This document shows, one piece after another, positions 17,599 to 26,958 of a stretch of DNA of 37,792 bases. Source of the stretch: a virus (lineage: Duplodnaviria; Caudoviricetes); the IMG/VR virus record IMGVR_UViG_3300036046_000021, positions 1 through 37,792 of that record; one strand, written 5' to 3'. The stretch's first letter is position 1. Every line of letters starts with the position of its first letter. A program made the translations under genes and the position numbers. The notes under the pieces are model-generated. The model was not told the DNA's origin, did no database searches, and was given only the letters and a program-made list of their open reading frames with translations.

Positions 17599-18168
17599 TT
17601 AGCCCCCGGAGACTTCTTTCTCATAAACTGCGGTGTACCATGCGTCATAAATGCCGGCCGGCGTTGATGTTGTCGTTTTTGTCTTAACCGCCGAATCGGT
17701 CTCGCGGCCGGATGCTACAAACGTCAGCTCGTTGGTCTGTGGCTCAGCTGTATTTGTCTTCGTTGATCCTGTCACCGTCGGCCTGTTCGCTGTGCAATTG
17801 TAGAGGACATGCCGAGTAGCTTTGACATCACCGTCAAACTCAAACATCAAGGCAAACGGACTGCCCTTTTGTGTCGTCTTCTCGGTGATCACTTCATCGT
17901 CTTCGTCCTTTTCTTCGCCCAGGCAGTCAATGGCAAACTTCTCAGGAATATTGGCGATCGTCAGCGTGCCGTCGTATCCTTGGTTATTACTTGCGGAATA
18001 ATACAGCATGTCATCAGCATAGAACTCCGTCATATCTCCACGCGGCTCAAGCCCAAGCTCGACTGCTCCGGGAATGCGGACTGGTGTACCGTAAGTGATT
18101 ACTCCAGCCACATTAGTGAATGTGGAATAGTACACGTTTTTAAGGCCGAAGTTAACCTTGTTGCTCAT
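17599..18168 (-). CDS. Major tail protein (phi13 family)
   Basis: NKVNFGLKNV, FYADDMLY, NNQGYDGTL, FALMFEFDGD motifs. Confidence 0.93.
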   Translation of the reverse strand: MSNKVNFGLKNVYYSTFTNVAGVITYGTPVRIPGAVELGLEPRGDMTEFYADDMLYYSASNNQGYDGTLTIANIPEKFAIDCLGEEKDEDDEVITEKTTQKGSPFALMFEFDGDVKATRHVLYNCTANRPTVTGSTKTNTAEPQTNELTFVASGRETDSAVKTKTTTSTPAGIYDAWYTAVYEKEVSGG

Positions 18169-18482
18169 CTCATCAACCTCACTTCATAGATTTTTTGGAA
18201 CAGCTTTTCCGATTCAATATACATTTCAGACGATTCATACGGCATTTCATGCGCATCCAGGATGTCTTCGATAATGGCTTCTACAGCAGGGTCCTTTAAC
18301 TCCGTATATAACTCAATCTGAACATCGTCGATCTTTTTGTACACGGCATCATCCGCAATGAAATTTGGTGAACTCGAGACTAAATAAACGATATATGGCG
18401 GGATTACTTCGCTATTGAAATGCGAATAGGCCACCGGAAAACCAGTAGCCCTTAAGATTGCATTTAATTCTGCCAAGGTCAT
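18165..18482 (-). CDS. Tail terminator/completion protein
   Basis: GFPVAYSHF, PPYIVY, QIELYT, YIESEKLF; synteny. Confidence 0.8.
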   Translation of the reverse strand: MTLAELNAILRATGFPVAYSHFNSEVIPPYIVYLVSSSPNFIADDAVYKKIDDVQIELYTELKDPAVEAIIEDILDAHEMPYESSEMYIESEKLFQKIYEVRLMR

Positions 18483-18838
18483 GGACGAATCGCCCCCTCA
18501 ACGCGCCTCTCGAACTGCTCGACAAGCCGCTGCTCAACAGGCCTGATATGCACTCTGGCAGCTACACGGCCACCGCCGCGCTTCGCATGACCATTTTCAA
18601 GCAAGTGAGTTAACCGGTAATACTTTTCGTTGTAAATGACATATCCCGTCTTGGTTTTCTTCCGCTTCCAGCTGCTCGCATATTTGCCGGTGTCTGCTGG
18701 ACTCGATGCCTTCAGCATCTGCACTCCATCATCCGACAATTCATCCTGTGCCTGCTGGATCTCTGCCCTTACCTCATCGGTATACTCGGTCAGCGCTTTG
18801 ATAATTTCATTGGCGAGATTGTTTGCTGATACAGACAT
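18479..18838 (-). CDS. HK97 gp10-like neck protein
   Basis: SP.DTGKYASSW, YRLTHLLENGH..RGGGRV..R.HIRP. Confidence 0.85.
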   Translation of the reverse strand: MSVSANNLANEIIKALTEYTDEVRAEIQQAQDELSDDGVQMLKASSPADTGKYASSWKRKKTKTGYVIYNEKYYRLTHLLENGHAKRGGGRVAARVHIRPVEQRLVEQFERRVEGAIRP

Positions 18839-18844
18839 TTAAGT

Positions 18845-19210
18845 TCACCCCTTACTATCAGCAATGATCGTGAATGTCTGATTCATCTCATCATCATTGA
18901 TAATGCTCTGCACATCATAACGAACCGATTTGTAAAGGATCTCGAGCTTGGTCTTGTCGGTATCGAAGATATCCTGCAGGAATGCAGAATACCTCACCAC
19001 AAAACGGACCGTATTCTCGGAATTGGTTTGGGCCGCGGCGAAATATTCTGATCCGCGTGTCGTCTTCACCATTGACCATAGCCGGCAGATTTCCTCGAAG
19101 GTTTCTTTATCGTTTCCGATCTCATCCTGCGTAAAGACAGGGCCGAAAACAATAATTTTTTTGTTGAATCTGCCGCTATGGCTATTGGCGTTATATTTGT
19201 TATCCAACAT
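18845..19210 (-). CDS. Head-closure / head-tail joining protein
   Basis: QDEIGN, RGSEYFAAAQ, RFVVRY, YDVQSI; start approximate. Confidence 0.82.
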   Translation of the reverse strand: MLDNKYNANSHSGRFNKKIIVFGPVFTQDEIGNDKETFEEICRLWSMVKTTRGSEYFAAAQTNSENTVRFVVRYSAFLQDIFDTDKTKLEILYKSVRYDVQSIINDDEMNQTFTIIADSKG

Positions 19211-19511
19211 CTGCATCACCAACCACAATAGCATCAAGCGCACTATCCAGATTGAGGTTATTTATTTGCGTCAGGAAATTGGTGTAGAAGTATTCCAGGG
19301 CATCGTTATAAGCGTACCGGGACCGCTCAAATACCAATTCCTTGAACCGCTCGCTGGTTCCGATATCATAATCGCCGCAGATCTTCCTGAGGTCCTCATG
19401 CGATGCCTTTAAAATCCTGGTCAGATTGTCGTCTTCCCCGTCATCCAAGTGCATCCGGTCCTTAAACTCCTGCACAATTTCCGCTGTGATTTCCTCAGCC
19501 ACCATCATCAC
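19200..19511 (-). CDS. Head-tail connector (gp6-like)
   Basis: EFKDRMHL..EDDNL..IL, KELVFERSRYAYNDALEYF. Confidence 0.85.
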   Translation of the reverse strand: MMMVAEEITAEIVQEFKDRMHLDDGEDDNLTRILKASHEDLRKICGDYDIGTSERFKELVFERSRYAYNDALEYFYTNFLTQINNLNLDSALDAIVVGDADVG

Positions 19512-19696
19512 TCCTTATCATCAGGAGCATCTTCAACTTCCTCGATATAAATTTTCTTGTATTTATTTTTCTCGGAAGACAGTTCCTTCAGGCGGGTCTT
19601 GGTTGATTCCGACCCTTCCTTGGGGTAAATATCTCCGACCTGGTAAACATGGCCGTCATGATTAAGGTCCTTGAATTTACGGATTACCCTATACAT
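19508..19696 (-). CDS. Small head-associated phage protein
   Basis: YRVIRKFKD....HVYQVGDIYP....RLKELS..KNK; follows capsid gene. Confidence 0.75.
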   Translation of the reverse strand: MYRVIRKFKDLNHDGHVYQVGDIYPKEGSESTKTRLKELSSEKNKYKKIYIEEVEDAPDDKE

Positions 19697-19717
19697 GCTT
19701 CATCCCTCCTTCGAGAT

Positions 19718-19744
19718 AAGAAAGAGACTCCGTTAAGGAGTCTC
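19718..19744 (-). terminator. Terminator/attenuator after capsid gene
   Basis: GAGACTCC-TTAAC-GGAGTCTC + TTTCTT. Confidence 0.7.
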
Positions 19745-20884
19745 AGTGGTAAATTGGATATCGAGGTCATACAGCAGAGCCGCTTTATTATCCTTCGGCT
19801 TACCGTTGGCGAACTGTTTGATCGTGTACAGCATGGCGTCTTCAATAGCCAGTGTCTGATCAAATTTGTTGATCTTGTATCCGCCGGCTGTAACAGCGAG
19901 GTACCTCCCTTTAACAAAGAACAGGGCTTTCGAAGAAGGAACTTCTTCGGACTCTACTACCTTGATGTTGAAAGGCATCGCCGTCACCCACTGGCCATTA
20001 GACGTTTGAATGGTGTTACGTGCCAGTACACTGATTGCATCTACCGGGTTCACAACCATCACGATTTTATTCAAAACCTTGCGAGACTTCCCTTCCGCGT
20101 CAACAGCCAATTCCTTGACAACGTCGTGCAATTCGCCTGAAATGACCTCTCCGAACTGAGAAGGTGCGAAGGTCAAGGTGCCCGATGACGTCTTTGTCGT
20201 TACCGCACCAGTACCGCTGTCCACATTTTTCATCAAGCCGATCGGTTCATTTTGCGCAGGTCCCCGGCCATTCACGAGGCCGTATTCAAGACCTACCGAG
20301 TAGCTTTCGACAAGGAGAGTCCGGACATAGCGTTCAACCCACTCCGGCCCGAGCTCCAGCATATCCTTCGGGATTGCAGCAAAAGCCGTAAGCTTCAGTT
20401 GTCCAACTTGTTCTTCGCGGAAAGCCGCGCTTACTTGGCCCTTGATTTCTCCGAATAGTGCTCCCCATGCGTATGTTTTAGTTGCGTCAGCATCAATGAA
20501 GCGCGTCACCGCGCCCATATCTTGCAGGCCGATCTCTTCGAGCAAAGGATGTTCTGCCACCAGGTCTTCGAACACTCTTTCTTGGGTGGTTATCGGCAGG
20601 ATTGTATCCTCAGCGAAACCGCCAGTCAAAATGACTTCGTTGAAGAACTTACGCTCCTTGGAAGTCAGCACGTTCTGACCGCGCGCCGTCAGGATCTGGC
20701 TGTCGATGTTGTCATCGCGTACCGAATCCGTAATTTTTTCAGTCAGATCGGCAACCAAGGCATCTTGCATCTCATTCCATGCCGTCGCCTGTTTTTCGGC
20801 ATCGGCACCTTCTTTGACCAGGTTCATGTAAGCTGCTTTCTTCGCTTCGAAGTTTTCCATCTTGCCCTTCAGCTTCATTGTCAT
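19733..20884 (-). CDS. Major capsid protein (HK97 fold)
   Basis: LT..ERKFFN, ILP.T..ERVFEDL..EHPLL, WG..FGEIKGQ, DMLELGPEWV, FANGKPKDN. Confidence 0.95.
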   Translation of the reverse strand: MTMKLKGKMENFEAKKAAYMNLVKEGADAEKQATAWNEMQDALVADLTEKITDSVRDDNIDSQILTARGQNVLTSKERKFFNEVILTGGFAEDTILPITTQERVFEDLVAEHPLLEEIGLQDMGAVTRFIDADATKTYAWGALFGEIKGQVSAAFREEQVGQLKLTAFAAIPKDMLELGPEWVERYVRTLLVESYSVGLEYGLVNGRGPAQNEPIGLMKNVDSGTGAVTTKTSSGTLTFAPSQFGEVISGELHDVVKELAVDAEGKSRKVLNKIVMVVNPVDAISVLARNTIQTSNGQWVTAMPFNIKVVESEEVPSSKALFFVKGRYLAVTAGGYKINKFDQTLAIEDAMLYTIKQFANGKPKDNKAALLYDLDIQFTTETP

Positions 20885-20911
20885 TTTCAATGACCTCCGT
20901 TTATTTTGAAA

Positions 20912-21655
20912 TTAAAAAATGAACCGCGGCGCCGCTGCTGCAGCCGGCTTCGGTTCATCTTTCGGGGTAACTTTAAGTTGCTGGATTTCATTTTTCATAC
21001 TGGCCAGTTGTGCCCTGAGTTGGGTAATCTCTTTATCTTTGCCGTCGGTTGCCACAGTGCTTGTAGCAAAGCCGATATCGATCGCCTTCTGTGCTCCGTA
21101 CCATGTCTCGGCATCAACCGCGCTGCGGATCTCTTCCCGGCTGACATTTGCCTTGGTCATGTATATGTCGATAATGCCCTCTTCGAGCTCATCCAGCACA
21201 TCGGCTTCTTTGCGCATTTCAGTCTTTGTGCCCCACACGATCGAGCTGGCTTCGTGAATCATGATCATCGATCCGAGGCCCATGACCAATTCATCAGCTG
21301 CCATGGCAAGAACTGATGCTGCCGAGCAAGCCCAGCCATCAACATTAACCGTCACCTTACCGTCATGCTTCTTCAACCGGTTATAGATTGTGATGCCGTC
21401 AAACGCATCACCTCCGGGGCTGTTAAGATGGATGACGATATCACCGGTGATGCTCTTCAACGCATTGTCGATATCTAAAGCAGATACGGAATCCTCCCAA
21501 TAGGAATCTCCGATCAGGCCATAGATCGTCAATTCCGTGTACCCGGCCGATTCATTACGGATCGTCTCGAATTTGCGCTCAACCCGCTGCAGTTGCTCGA
21601 CATACGCTTGATTTTTAAATGACTTGAAATATTCTTGCTTGGTCAATCTACGCAT
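20912..21655 (-). CDS. ClpP-type (S14) head maturation protease
   Basis: LNSPGGDAFDG, GWACSAASVLAMA, IMIHEAS, AETWY. Confidence 0.93.
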   Translation of the reverse strand: MRRLTKQEYFKSFKNQAYVEQLQRVERKFETIRNESAGYTELTIYGLIGDSYWEDSVSALDIDNALKSITGDIVIHLNSPGGDAFDGITIYNRLKKHDGKVTVNVDGWACSAASVLAMAADELVMGLGSMIMIHEASSIVWGTKTEMRKEADVLDELEEGIIDIYMTKANVSREEIRSAVDAETWYGAQKAIDIGFATSTVATDGKDKEITQLRAQLASMKNEIQQLKVTPKDEPKPAAAAAPRFIF

Positions 21656-22799
21656 TTTCCCCCTCACCTCCTTCCTCGGCAGACTCTGCAGCCGACTGGT
21701 AATTCTTCGTTAACACATATTCATCAAGGGCCGGATTGTCCACAGGCTCATCCCCTAGCTTTATTCTGATTTCATTGCCATTATAGACGCCACTTGCCCG
21801 CAGCTTGTCAACCGAAGAAGCCAGTTCCAGCGGATTAATTTCGGCAATCCCCCGGATATCAATACGCCGGCCCTTCATGTATTCGCTGCGGGATATCAAT
21901 TTCGCATTCAGTTCATCACGGATTTTCTTAATCAATGGACTGATGCAAAATTTGATATATGCCTTTATGGCTGTTTCATAGTCGGACATTTCGCCGTGGA
22001 TTAGTGAAGTCGGGATGCCGAGAATATTGGCAACATCATTAATCGCATCGCGCTTGACCTTCGTAACCTCATCAAAGGACTTTCCGTTGTTATCGCCTTT
22101 GTTAACCTCGGTATATCCAAAGCCTTTCAGTTTAGGCACCAGCGCAATTACATTGTTCCTGAATGACCTAAAAAGTTTATCAATGAACTCCTGAAGTTTA
22201 TTCTGCCGGTTCTCGTCAAGTGATTGGGTAGAATCCACTTCCACAATCCCTCGAACCTGATTGTTCAGCTTCTGTGTCTCCATCATCCTTGAGTAAAGCA
22301 GTGTATAGTCTTCGAATGCCCCATCCATGTAACTCGTCAGCTTGGCATTGTTGTAAGTCAAGAATATAACCTCATCCATATTAAATGAGCGTTTGAACGT
22401 ATAATCCTTGACCGTTACACCTTTGAAAATGTCCGGGAATAAGGCGTACTCAACACGATCGTAACTATCAGCAAGGAGTAATTCATTCTGATCACTCAAG
22501 ATGATCAGTACTTCGTTTTTGCTGATCAGCCGGTGAATAGTCGCTTGCCAGAACTCCGCTGCCGATTGATCCGTGTTTGGCCTAACGTTCAGAAGATAAT
22601 CCCAATCGTCACGCAGGCGCTTATTATCCTGCATCATCCGAAACTCACTCTGGCTGATGGTGCGACCAATGAAATTCAGACATGTTTCCATTGCTATTAT
22701 TTTCAGATATTTCCGCTTGTCCACGTCATCAAAGACATCCAGATCGAACAGGGACTCCAACTCGCTGTTACGCCGCAGCACACTATCCAAGAAACCCAA
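21648..22799 (-). CDS. Portal protein (HK97 family)
   Basis: YLLNVRPNTDQSA, VANILGIP, NEIRIKLG..P, LTKNYQ. Confidence 0.95.
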   Translation of the reverse strand: MGFLDSVLRRNSELESLFDLDVFDDVDKRKYLKIIAMETCLNFIGRTISQSEFRMMQDNKRLRDDWDYLLNVRPNTDQSAAEFWQATIHRLISKNEVLIILSDQNELLLADSYDRVEYALFPDIFKGVTVKDYTFKRSFNMDEVIFLTYNNAKLTSYMDGAFEDYTLLYSRMMETQKLNNQVRGIVEVDSTQSLDENRQNKLQEFIDKLFRSFRNNVIALVPKLKGFGYTEVNKGDNNGKSFDEVTKVKRDAINDVANILGIPTSLIHGEMSDYETAIKAYIKFCISPLIKKIRDELNAKLISRSEYMKGRRIDIRGIAEINPLELASSVDKLRASGVYNGNEIRIKLGDEPVDNPALDEYVLTKNYQSAAESAEEGGEGENA

Positions 22800-22817
22800 T
22801 CTGATTCCTCCTTTCCG

Positions 22818-24494
22818 TTAGAATATAAGTCCGTCCAAAGCATCCAAGGCATCCGCAATACTGCCTTCGTCCAGTTCCTCGAACCGGTATAAGCCACATA
22901 TCAAGGCCTGGAACCCGTCCGTCTTCCTCCGGATTGGCTCCTTTTTACCGTAAACCTTGTTCCCGTCCTTCTTGATCGTTACCAGCACGTTATTGGTGTA
23001 CCAGCGCATCAACGGGTTGTCTCCCCAGACGAACATACCTTTAGAGAAATAAGTCTCTACGCGCGGCGCTAGCAGCCCATGAATGGCCTCCGGCTTCCGG
23101 ATAACCTCAACCTCAAAACCTACTGCCTCCAGCATAGGCTTCAGCATCTCCATCCGGTAATTATCGCCGATGATCTTCTTAATGCTGTATTTTAGGCGAG
23201 CTGTTACAAACCAATTGACGATGTGCTCAAGGTTGATCATTTCCTCATTAAGTACCGTGAGTAATCCCCGGGATTCCCATTCCTTTATGGGGGCAAACTT
23301 TTGAGTGGTCTCAACTTCGCGCATGGAATACCCGTAGTACTTATCAACGAATTCTTTGCGAGTGAAAGAATGTGTGATGAACGGGACCTTGCCATCATGT
23401 TTAAAGACAAGGCCAACGGCAGCGAAATCTCGAATCTGAGCAAAGTCAATACACCCAATGCATTCTCTCCCTTCAAGGTCCGGCAATGGCTGATCCGTGC
23501 CGGCTATCTCTTCCCATTTCGCCACTGACTTCTCTAGGTCCGTCAGAGGCAGGTTCATGCGTTTTGTCATGAACTCCTCTCGGTTTGACGGGTCGTCCGC
23601 CAGATCCTCGTATTCTTCCTTGATCGTGTCGTATAGGCCCTGGGCATACTCATTTCTCGGCTCACTCAGCATCGGGTTTGCCAGCTCCCAATACTTCGGA
23701 TCATCCACCTGCTTCTCGTCATTGAGCTTACACATAAACGGGAAAACTGAATTTACCCGAGCCTCGCCTTTCAATACCTTCAAGGCCTTTTCCTTGAATT
23801 TGTCCAAGAATCCTTCACGGATATACCCATCCGTCCCAATGTAAAATTCCCTTGGGTTCTTCTTCTTGCCGAGACCGGATATATGCACCCTGACATCAAC
23901 ATTGGTTTCAAAGTAATGGATCTCGTCAAAGACAACCGCTCCGTCACGCAGGCCGTCCTTTGTATTCCCATTCGAGGTGCGGAATTTAAAAATGCTGTCC
24001 ATTTTTTTGGACAGCACCTGCATAGCCGTAGGTTTGAAATGCTTCAGCAGCGTCGGTTCCCGCTTGATGGTTTTGGCGGCTTCCTCAACCGATGTCTTGG
24101 CCTGCTCTTCCGAGTTTGCAATTACGGATATGTTGTACTCCCGGATGCCATGCAGCTCGCTGATCAGGAAGTGACAAACGACTGTAATCAATCCGTTCTT
24201 ACCACCGCCGCGGCCCATCATCCAAAGAAACTTTCGATAGAACACCCGGCCTGTATCTTTAAAAAACAGAAAAATAAAAGCGATCAGGAATTTCTGAAAC
24301 GGCAGCAGGGGGAAGTACCATTTCTCCGCAAACTTGATGCAGTTCTCAATCATGCTGTCATCAAAGTACAGATCATCCCGGGATAGGACATCCCGCTCCA
24401 GGTAGGTCACCAGTAATTCCCGTTCTTCGTTGAACTTAATTTTGCCCTCTCGATAAAGAGCGATATATTCCGTTACATATTTTTGTTTGAGCAT
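22818..24494 (-). CDS. terL: Terminase large subunit
   Basis: MGRGGGKNG Walker A, VVFDEIH Walker B, C-terminal RKTDGFQA nuclease motif. Confidence 0.96.
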   Translation of the reverse strand: MLKQKYVTEYIALYREGKIKFNEERELLVTYLERDVLSRDDLYFDDSMIENCIKFAEKWYFPLLPFQKFLIAFIFLFFKDTGRVFYRKFLWMMGRGGGKNGLITVVCHFLISELHGIREYNISVIANSEEQAKTSVEEAAKTIKREPTLLKHFKPTAMQVLSKKMDSIFKFRTSNGNTKDGLRDGAVVFDEIHYFETNVDVRVHISGLGKKKNPREFYIGTDGYIREGFLDKFKEKALKVLKGEARVNSVFPFMCKLNDEKQVDDPKYWELANPMLSEPRNEYAQGLYDTIKEEYEDLADDPSNREEFMTKRMNLPLTDLEKSVAKWEEIAGTDQPLPDLEGRECIGCIDFAQIRDFAAVGLVFKHDGKVPFITHSFTRKEFVDKYYGYSMREVETTQKFAPIKEWESRGLLTVLNEEMINLEHIVNWFVTARLKYSIKKIIGDNYRMEMLKPMLEAVGFEVEVIRKPEAIHGLLAPRVETYFSKGMFVWGDNPLMRWYTNNVLVTIKKDGNKVYGKKEPIRRKTDGFQALICGLYRFEELDEGSIADALDALDGLIF

Positions 24495-24815
24495 CTATAC
24501 CAAATCACTTTTGCTGCCATCACCTGAACCATCCTGCGTTGGTACGGGTGTTTTCAATCCCAAATCATTACCGAGAGCGATCAACGAGCTGTTCACTTTA
24601 TTCTTCTCCGCGATAGCAGGGTTGGGCTTGGTGTATTTTTGCGAACCATTCTCCACAGTGATCATGACGCCTTGCTCTTCGATTGATTTGTCCAGCATAT
24701 AATAGATGTCAACGAGATTCACATACCGCTCAACCTTCTCAACCTGAACCTTACTTTTGCGGTCTATCCGCTTGAGCAGCTCCGACTTGATCGCCTTCAG
24801 CTTCTTTGCATCCAC
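24495..24815 (-). CDS. terS: Terminase small subunit (P27 family)
   Basis: EKVERY, ENGSQKYTKPNPAI, DLGL; GTG 24815. Confidence 0.9.
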   Translation of the reverse strand: MDAKKLKAIKSELLKRIDRKSKVQVEKVERYVNLVDIYYMLDKSIEEQGVMITVENGSQKYTKPNPAIAEKNKVNSSLIALGNDLGLKTPVPTQDGSGDGSKSDLV

Positions 24816-24819
24816 CCCT

Positions 24820-24935
24820 ACCCCCCCTATCGCGCGATACATGCCAAAAAACTCGACAAAACACTCCCCCCACCGGTGCCCAAATTTGAAAAAAATTCAA
24901 AAATATTTTCACCGGGGGGGATTGAAAAATAAAAA
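24820..24935. other. Probable cos packaging region
   Basis: Non-coding gap between HNH and terS with G/C runs and A/T tracts; candidate core CCGGTGGGGGGAG (minus strand, ~24863-24875). Confidence 0.6.
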
Positions 24936-24938
24936 ACA

Positions 24939-25274
24939 TTACCAACGTTCGTCAGATTCCCATCTGTTCACGTTTCTCTCGAACACTCGGCCGTGCTCTT
25001 TGTTATGGCACTCAACACACACCGTCTCCAAATTATCTATCTCAAGCGCCAATGCCGGATGATCCTCAAGCTCTTTGATGTGATGGACAACGAGCTGAAT
25101 TTTTTTCCGGCGAGCTGACTCGCTGTATTCATTGGTGTCAATCCGGACTAGGCCTTGCCGCTTACACGGCTGACACTCATAGTTATCTCGCCGCTTCACC
25201 TCTTCGCGGATCTCTTTCCAGTTTGTGCTGTCGTAGAATTTCCGCTTCTGTTCAATGGTTTTATACTCGATCAT
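24939..25274 (-). CDS. HNH endonuclease (terminase-associated, gp74-like)
   Basis: FYDS..W, RDNYECQPC, VHHIKEL, NLETVCVECHNKEH. Confidence 0.92.
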   Translation of the reverse strand: MIEYKTIEQKRKFYDSTNWKEIREEVKRRDNYECQPCKRQGLVRIDTNEYSESARRKKIQLVVHHIKELEDHPALALEIDNLETVCVECHNKEHGRVFERNVNRWESDERW

Positions 25275-25426
25275 GGCTGACGGTTCTTCTTCAACACAGA
25301 ATCATCCTTTTCAATTGGTTTTGTGAACACAGGACCGCCACACTCAGGGCATTTAATTCCGTCTGCCCTAAAGCTGCTGAGGAGTGTATTCCAAGAACAA
25401 AGCATGCAACTGCACTTTACCTTCAA
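25271..25426 (-). CDS. 51-aa zinc-ribbon protein (not in ORF track)
   Basis: TTG after AGGTGG: MKVKCSCMLC...IKCPECGGPV...; ATGA overlap with HNH start. Confidence 0.7.
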   Translation of the reverse strand: MKVKCSCMLCSWNTLLSSFRADGIKCPECGGPVFTKPIEKDDSVLKKNRQP

Positions 25427-25449
25427 ATCGCTCACCACCTTTGTAACAC

Positions 25450-25479
25450 AACAAAGAGAGCCGCTTCTCAGCGACTCCC
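25450..25479 (-). terminator. Hairpin/terminator at start of late operon
   Basis: GAGTCGCT-GAGA-AGCGGCTC + TCTTTGTT. Confidence 0.55.
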
Positions 25480-25524
25480 ACCCGTCACAAACCTATTAAT
25501 GATTAATCGTTTATAGCTTATACC

Positions 25525-25547
25525 TATAGGTGGCAACCGTAAGACAA
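25525..25547 (-). promoter_or_regulatory. Putative late promoter for phage sigma-like factor
   Basis: TTGTCTTACGGTTGCCACCTATA immediately downstream of sigma-like gene and upstream of packaging genes. Confidence 0.5.
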
Positions 25548-25551
25548 GATA

Positions 25552-26130
25552 TCACATACAGAGCAGGAACAGGTTATTCGCTTTGTTGAAGGCTATCTTC
25601 TGGTCAGCCCGCCGCAGCATGACCTGCACTGAACCCTTCTTGATCCCCATTTCATAAGCAATGCTCTGCATGGACATTCCGATTGCATGATGCAGCACGT
25701 AACATTGCCGCTCCCGCTCCGAGAGATTCCGCAGCGCGTCCTCGATCTTCCATTCTTCTTCCCGGGTCAGCGGCTGGCCAACCTCAGCGGTTTCGAACTC
25801 ATACTCGTAAGCTGTCAGGTATTCCATCCATTGCGGATCCCATACCTTGGTTCGCTGTGATATGCTTCGTCGCTCCATCGGCCTGCGGTAGCCCGGCGGA
25901 TAGCCTGTCCGTAGCCATTCAATGCTGTACTCCAGATCGCTGACGCTGGCGGCCAGTGCATTCTTGTGCAGCTTGACCGGCTCCATTTGCTTGCGGATCA
26001 GGTCCCGCTCCTGCTTGGTCTCTGCTGTCTTCAGACGTTCCTTGAGTGGTTCCAGCACTTTGTCGAGTTGAGCAATCTGTCCGGCCAGCTGCCGCTTGGT
26101 TTCTTCATAGCTTGCCAGGAGCTCAGTCAT
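25552..26130 (-). CDS. Sigma70 region-4 (Xpf-like) late transcription activator
   Basis: SDLEYSIEWL.TG, LSERERQCYVL....GMS..SIA..MGIKKGSVQ..LRRA HTH; start inferred from overlap with upstream gene. Confidence 0.85.
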   Translation of the reverse strand: MTELLASYEETKRQLAGQIAQLDKVLEPLKERLKTAETKQERDLIRKQMEPVKLHKNALAASVSDLEYSIEWLRTGYPPGYRRPMERRSISQRTKVWDPQWMEYLTAYEYEFETAEVGQPLTREEEWKIEDALRNLSERERQCYVLHHAIGMSMQSIAYEMGIKKGSVQVMLRRADQKIAFNKANNLFLLCM

Positions 26131-26332
26131 AGCGGCTGCCGCGGCGGCGTCTTCCGTCTTCTTCGAGCTGGATGTCACTGAGAACGAAAGCTGCAGTTGC
26201 CGGTACAAAGATACCGCTGTGCTCTCCGCAGTTGATCCGGTATCCGTCCCGCTCCCGTTTGGCTCTAAAGGATACGCCAGAGACGATCTGTCCTGTAGGC
26301 GCTGTAAGGCTCTGTATGGTCTTTATAATCAT
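26123..26332 (-). CDS. Hypothetical protein
   Basis: AAGGAGG SD; 69 aa. Confidence 0.7.
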   Translation of the reverse strand: MIIKTIQSLTAPTGQIVSGVSFRAKRERDGYRINCGEHSGIFVPATAAFVLSDIQLEEDGRRRRGSRYD

Positions 26333-26373
26333 AGTAGTATGTTCCTCCTTATAAGGATAAGTTCACAGGCTGG

Positions 26374-26422
26374 CGGCCCCCGCTGCGCTGGGTTTATTCT
26401 GTCGGGATGATGGCCTCCGGCC
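26374..26422 (-). repeat. GNA-hairpin element copy B
   Basis: GGCCGGAGGCCA-TCATC-CCGACAGAATAA-ACCC-AGCGCAGCGG-GG-GCCG; matches 33235-33282. Confidence 0.85.
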
Positions 26423-26946
26423 TATACTGCCACTCCCGCGCTTTCATCGGCCAGTTCTTTGGCTATGGCAGAACAGAGCCGCGGCATGAGCTTATTTACA
26501 AACCCATTGCAAGATGGCGGGTAACCCATCGTGTACAACTCGCCAGAATCATAGATAATACTGTCATCGTACCAGCGAACAAAATCCGCTTCATTGTCTA
26601 ACCAATCATTCTTTTCAAGGAGATCCCACTCCGCCCGCGCTTGTTCGCTGGAGTATGACCCATTCCGCCGGCCTTCCAAGATGCATTTTTTTACTCGGAT
26701 TAGGGTTTCATCGCCATCATACCGCTGCAGGTCGTAGAATAGTTTTTCCATCAAATTTCCCGGAACACCCTTTGCGAAATACTTGCGAATGTCTTCGCCA
26801 GCGCGTACATCGAATTTGTAGGCTGCATTGCCGTAATCTGTAACAGCTGAGAACATCCCGGTTGAGTCTAGAATGAAAATCCCCCAGCCTTCCACGCCGT
26901 CCACCGAAGGAACATAATACCGCCAAAATTTAACGTCGCTGCTCAT
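26422..26946 (-). CDS. Hypothetical phage protein
   Basis: 174-aa ORF, AAAGGA SD, operon context. Confidence 0.8.
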   Translation of the reverse strand: MSSDVKFWRYYVPSVDGVEGWGIFILDSTGMFSAVTDYGNAAYKFDVRAGEDIRKYFAKGVPGNLMEKLFYDLQRYDGDETLIRVKKCILEGRRNGSYSSEQARAEWDLLEKNDWLDNEADFVRWYDDSIIYDSGELYTMGYPPSCNGFVNKLMPRLCSAIAKELADESAGVAV

Positions 26947-26958
26947 ATCCTTTTCGCC

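Noticed and set aside
19684-19744. +1 frameshift extension of capsid (CCT TAA) or major tail protein
   Set aside because: Not the CCC-TAA signal; followed by a terminator hairpin and no downstream Ig-like frame
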